From: a bacterium
Lineage (GTDB): Bacteria > Patescibacteriota > Minisyncoccia > Phycocordibacterales > UBA5272
Length of the DNA stretch: 47,482 bases
Reading direction: 5' to 3'
Assembly: GCA_043765155.1 (NCBI GenBank)
Contig: JAYUJP010000043.1
Span: 1 to 47,482 of the forward strand
A program made the translations under genes and the position numbers. How positions within the stretch are numbered: the first letter of the stretch is position 1; every line of letters begins with the position of its first letter. The notes below the pieces were generated by a model. The model saw only the letters and a list, made by a program, of their open reading frames with translations. It ran no database searches and had not been told where the DNA came from. This document shows, in pieces, positions 43,988-47,482 of the stretch.

Positions 43988-46240
43988 CTACTCCATATGC
44001 ACCTCTTCAAAGGTTGCGAGTTTGGTTTTTAACTCTGGGAAATTGTCAAGATAAAGGTCATTGCTTATCATCTGCGTCGCATACTTTTTGGTAGCCTCGA
44101 CAAGCTTCAGATTCTGCAGTGCCTGCATACCTAGGTCGCTCATACCCGACTGATTACGTGAGAGCAGTGATCCGATGCCGCGCGTGTTCATGTCTAGCTC
44201 AGCAAGCTCAAATCCGTTTATGGTGGAGCAGAAATTCTTGAGCCTGCCTACACTCACCTCATTAACACTATCTGAAAATAGTATACAGCGGCTCGCATGT
44301 TCTCCGCGCCCAATACGTCCGCGCAGCTGATGTAGCTGAGACATACCGAACCTATCAGCATTTTCTATTATCATGATTGTCGCATTAGGCACGTTAACGC
44401 CTACCTCGACGAGGCTAGTCGCTATTAAGATTTGTATTTTGTTATCCTTGAACTCGCTCATTATCTCCTCCTTGTCTTCGTTTTTAATCTTACTATGTAG
44501 GCCGGCTATATTAACATGGGACTTGTTATTTTTGACTAGATACTTTTCTATACTTTCGACTTCGCTTTCTACTGATCTACGTTCTTTTTTTTCAGGACCA
44601 GAATCTTCTGAAAAACTTTTACTTTTGTTCTCTTCTTTTTCTGCGTCCACTCCTATCTTTGTACAGACTATATATATCTGCCTACCGTTTTCTATTTCAT
44701 TTATCATGTCATCATAAACTTTTTCCCTATCTTTTTCATATTTGAAAAATGTCTTTATCTCTTTTCTTCCTTTTGGCAGCTCATCTATTATTGATAAGTC
44801 TAGGTCGCCAAATATAGAGAGGGCGAGTGTTCTAGGTATTGGTGTTGCTGTCATTGAGAGTAAGTGAGGTATCTCCATTCTTGTATCTCCTTTTTTGTGG
44901 GCCAAGTCTTTACGGGTATTAATACCAAATCTATGCTGCTCGTCTATAATTACGAGCGAGAGGTCCTTGAACTCGACGCGCTTCTTGGTGACGGCGTGCG
45001 TCCCCACCAGTAATGACACCTCACCGCTAGCGACCCACTTTATAAGCTGAGGCTTACTCACACTAGTGTATGAGTCAGGATTAGCTTTGGATGGGAACTT
45101 GAGAGCCTGCTTACCGGATAGATAGCCTACGCTAATACCAGTATGAGCGAGTAATTGTATCAATGTCTCATATTGCTGCAATGCTAATATCTCGGTAGGC
45201 GCAAGGTATACAGCCTGCAGAGGGGTGCCAGCTTTTTTATTGTCTCTCTTACTCTTGATAACTGCGTATATGAGGGCAGCAGCGACAAGAGTCTTACCTG
45301 ACCCCACATCACCTTCGAGCAGTCTTTGCATCGGCCTACCACTTTTTAGGTCTATGAGCATATCACTCAAAACTTTCTTCTGTGCACCTGTTGGAGTGAT
45401 ATTATGCAAAGAGAAAAATTCATCTATATAGGGTTCATTTATAATATACGCCAGTGACCCCTTGGCTAAAAATTTCTCTTGGACTATTTTGAGCTGCACA
45501 TAGAACATCTCCTCAAAAAGAAATCTTTTTTTGGCGGCCTGCGCTAACTTTTCGTCAGTAGGGAAATGTGTATATAACACAGCGTCCCTGATATCAGGTA
45601 GATGTAATTCGTCTTTTATATATTTTGGTACGGGATCCACTAATCCCTTTTTAAAATAGTCGCTACTTATGATCTTTCTTATACTCTCATATATAAACTT
45701 ACTACTTATATTTTTGGTCTCATTGTAGACTGGGGTTAGCTTACCGTATTTTTCAGTTAGCTTATCATTTTCTTCTGAGCTGATTAGATTCTTTTTAGAA
45801 AAAAGTGAGTCACCAGCCTCGGGTATACTGTTAATCTTTTCAATATTAGGATTACTAATAGTCAGTCCGCCTGGCTTTTGCTCAGGCTTACCGCTTATCA
45901 TAACTAGACTATTTTCAGGATACATTTTGCCTATGTAGGGCTGATTAAACCAAAACAACTTGAGCTCCTTTTGCCCGTCACTAAAAGTCGCCTCAGTCAT
46001 ATTTATTTTACTTTTCCAAGCTTTTTTGACTGTCACCTTTTTCATAGTACCGTACAGCGTCACTAGCTCGCCGGGGACTATATTTTCTATACTACTATTA
46101 TCGCCGTACCTAATATATCTTACCGGCTGATAACGCAGCAGGTCATCAACATTCAAAATCCCAAGCCTGTATAGCGCCTCTTTTTGCAGCGGAGTTATAC
46201 GCTTATAAGTCTCAATGTTTCTAGCTATATTCTTTTCCAT
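43988..46240 (-). CDS. recG: ATP-dependent DNA helicase RecG
   Basis: Wedge-domain N-terminus and helicase motifs GDVGSGKT, DEQHRFG, LSMTATPIPRTL, QLHQLRGRIGRG. It also contains a K/E/S-rich insertion. Confidence 0.92.
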   Translation of the reverse strand: MEKNIARNIETYKRITPLQKEALYRLGILNVDDLLRYQPVRYIRYGDNSSIENIVPGELVTLYGTMKKVTVKKAWKSKINMTEATFSDGQKELKLFWFNQPYIGKMYPENSLVMISGKPEQKPGGLTISNPNIEKINSIPEAGDSLFSKKNLISSEENDKLTEKYGKLTPVYNETKNISSKFIYESIRKIISSDYFKKGLVDPVPKYIKDELHLPDIRDAVLYTHFPTDEKLAQAAKKRFLFEEMFYVQLKIVQEKFLAKGSLAYIINEPYIDEFFSLHNITPTGAQKKVLSDMLIDLKSGRPMQRLLEGDVGSGKTLVAAALIYAVIKSKRDNKKAGTPLQAVYLAPTEILALQQYETLIQLLAHTGISVGYLSGKQALKFPSKANPDSYTSVSKPQLIKWVASGEVSLLVGTHAVTKKRVEFKDLSLVIIDEQHRFGINTRKDLAHKKGDTRMEIPHLLSMTATPIPRTLALSIFGDLDLSIIDELPKGRKEIKTFFKYEKDREKVYDDMINEIENGRQIYIVCTKIGVDAEKEENKSKSFSEDSGPEKKERRSVESEVESIEKYLVKNNKSHVNIAGLHSKIKNEDKEEIMSEFKDNKIQILIATSLVEVGVNVPNATIMIIENADRFGMSQLHQLRGRIGRGEHASRCILFSDSVNEVSVGRLKNFCSTINGFELAELDMNTRGIGSLLSRNQSGMSDLGMQALQNLKLVEATKKYATQMISNDLYLDNFPELKTKLATFEEVHME

Positions 46241-46268
46241 ATTTTCTCAGTTTTTATTTTAAATGTAT

Positions 46269-46297
46269 TTGACATAATATTTTTCTTTTGATATACT
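46269..46297 (+). promoter_or_regulatory. Promoter TTGACA-17-TATACT on the plus strand, in a gap between two minus-strand genes
   Basis: TTGACA at 46269-46274 and TATACT at 46292-46297. Confidence 0.55.
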
Positions 46298-46303
46298 ATA
46301 TTT

Positions 46304-46388
46304 AGTGTTTGGGGAGTTCGCTCCCTCACGGCTACAAGCTGTAACCAAGCACTAATAAAGTATCTGTCTATTTTTAGACAGATTTTTT
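46304..46388 (+). ncRNA. Candidate ~85-nt small RNA
   Basis: It follows the promoter above. Closing stem agtgtttgg (46304-46312) / ccaagcact (46345-46353), a UUCG-capped hairpin ggag-ttcg-ctcc, and the terminator atctgtcta-tttt-tagacagat plus a T run. No plus-strand ORF lies downstream. Confidence 0.45.
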
Positions 46389-46390
46389 AT

Positions 46391-46852
46391 TTACTCATCT
46401 ACAAGATTAGTATCGTGTAATTTTCTCTCAGAATTATTTTTATTTTTACCCCAATACGGTATCACGCTCCAGAAAAAAGGAGAAGAATCCTGCACTTTTT
46501 TTATAATAACTTTAATTCTTTTGTCGGCTACAACAGCAAAGAATTCATAATAAGTTATTTTTACTAGTTTCGTATCTGTCCTACTATGTATTCTTATTTT
46601 TTCAAATCCTTGAGTTTCTTGTATACCTTGCAGTGTATGAGATCTGCTAACTATATCACTTACAAGATGTAAATTTTTGAATCTAGAAATTTGATCCTTT
46701 TTGTTTCTTGCTATACGCTCCCTTTTAAATTTAAGATGGTCTAAACCTCTAGAGTTAAAGAGTATATCTTGTTTTAAGAAAGGGCAATATACAGTATCAA
46801 TTTCTTTATACTTTAATTCTGCCTCGTCTTTTATTTTATCAAAATTATCCAT
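46391..46852 (-). CDS. Hypothetical protein (153 aa)
   Basis: ORF with a coding-like composition and no motif I can name. Confidence 0.5.
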   Translation of the reverse strand: MDNFDKIKDEAELKYKEIDTVYCPFLKQDILFNSRGLDHLKFKRERIARNKKDQISRFKNLHLVSDIVSRSHTLQGIQETQGFEKIRIHSRTDTKLVKITYYEFFAVVADKRIKVIIKKVQDSSPFFWSVIPYWGKNKNNSERKLHDTNLVDE

Positions 46853-46867
46853 GTAAATATTTCTTTT

Positions 46868-47242
46868 TTAATAGCCTCTACCTCTACCATATATAATTAG
46901 GAGGGCGATATTGATTAGTATTGATACTATTATGAGCACAGTAGAGGGGCCGTACTTGTTCATGTCAAAGTTAAGATAGACCTCGATCAGTAATACAAAT
47001 AGGGATATAGACAAGAATAATACAGGGCGCGGCCAAAACAATATGAGCGCAGCCAATAGTATAAATGATCCATGCCACAAGTTATAACTAGCTACAGCTG
47101 GTAAGAACTCACTAGTGCAGGCAAATATCTTACCCCCAGTCATCACACCTTTTAATCCAGACAGTAGAGCAGGCAAATGATTAAAAACAAAATACATAGA
47201 GAGAGCAAGACGTAGTATATATGGCCAGGCAGAAGTTATCAT
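46868..47242 (-). CDS. Small integral membrane protein (about 4 TM)
   Basis: 124 aa, hydrophobic throughout. Confidence 0.55.
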   Translation of the reverse strand: MITSAWPYILRLALSMYFVFNHLPALLSGLKGVMTGGKIFACTSEFLPAVASYNLWHGSFILLAALILFWPRPVLFLSISLFVLLIEVYLNFDMNKYGPSTVLIIVSILINIALLIIYGRGRGY

Positions 47243-47331
47243 AGATTTATTTTAGATTTTTAAATTATATTATTAATATCTTTATATCATAATTATAACA
47301 TATTATGTATTATATTTTGTGTTATTTTACC

Positions 47332-47366
47332 AAAACAAAACCCACAATGTGTGGGTTTTGTTTTCG
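47332..47366. terminator. Bidirectional hairpin terminator
   Basis: aaaacaaaacccaca-atg-tgtgggttttgtttt. Confidence 0.75.
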
Positions 47367-47428
47367 ATTTAGCAGAATCGCCTACTGGGTGTTTTTTATA
47401 AGATTAGTATAATTATATTTTTAGAATA

Positions 47429-47482
47429 CTATTCCTGACCTCTACATATAACCTTTACATCTACTGATTTTGAGCTAGTAGC
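47429..47482 (-). CDS. 3' end of an unidentified gene running off the window
   Basis: The minus-strand frame is open from the window edge (ATSSKSVDVKVICRGQE) to TAG at 47431-47429. Too short to identify. Confidence 0.3.
   Translation of the reverse strand, partial: ATSSKSVDVKVICRGQE

Overview
This is a 47.5-kb, strongly AT-rich bacterial chromosomal segment, mostly housekeeping genes. By inference it fits a reduced Candidate Phyla Radiation / Patescibacteria-type genome. The supporting features are an rRNA operon with 23S and 5S but no 16S, two large insertions in the 23S gene, scattered ribosomal-protein genes, genes without Shine-Dalgarno sequences (some apparently leaderless), a minimal ProRS, and many small membrane-anchored hypothetical proteins.

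Recognisable genes: rplE, murA, a NUDIX hydrolase, rsmI, a SEDS protein, adk, map, a beta-CASP ribonuclease, rpmI-rplT, rpsA, proS, ruvC, mreB-mreC-mrdA, greA, a holB-like gene, tRNA-Leu(TAA), tRNA-Lys(CTT) and recG.

Most notable observations:
1. A 117-bp duplicate of the recG 3' end lies just after the tRNA pair. Together with the real recG end it brackets a 4.5-kb four-gene insertion (ATP-grasp ligase, Ntn-type isoaspartyl peptidase/asparaginase, TyrRS with an HVGS motif, prephenate dehydratase-ACT). No recombinase is present.
2. The 23S gene carries an ORF-less group I intron exactly at the L2593 (I-CreI-type) site. Its P1/P10 guide pairing and its P3, P7, P8 and P9 elements can be read by eye.
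3. A second, unclassified, structured insertion of about 437 nt sits at the tip of 23S helix 63.
4. An Elp3-type radical-SAM/GNAT enzyme is present.
5. A sphingomyelin-synthase-like PAP2_C membrane enzyme is present.
6. A promoter-to-terminator RNA unit with an SD-preceded mini-ORF ending in TPKP lies upstream of proS.
7. A candidate ~85-nt sRNA lies upstream of recG.
8. MurA has Asp in place of the fosfomycin-target Cys.
9. Extended -10 promoters (TGnTATAAT) are pervasive, and four are placed for leaderless translation.
10. Three stand-alone ORFs carry GGAG ribosome-binding sites in a genome whose conserved genes lack them.

No CRISPR array, transposase, integrase or recognisable defence system was seen. 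All calls come from reading the sequence and ORF translations by eye; no searches or computations were run.
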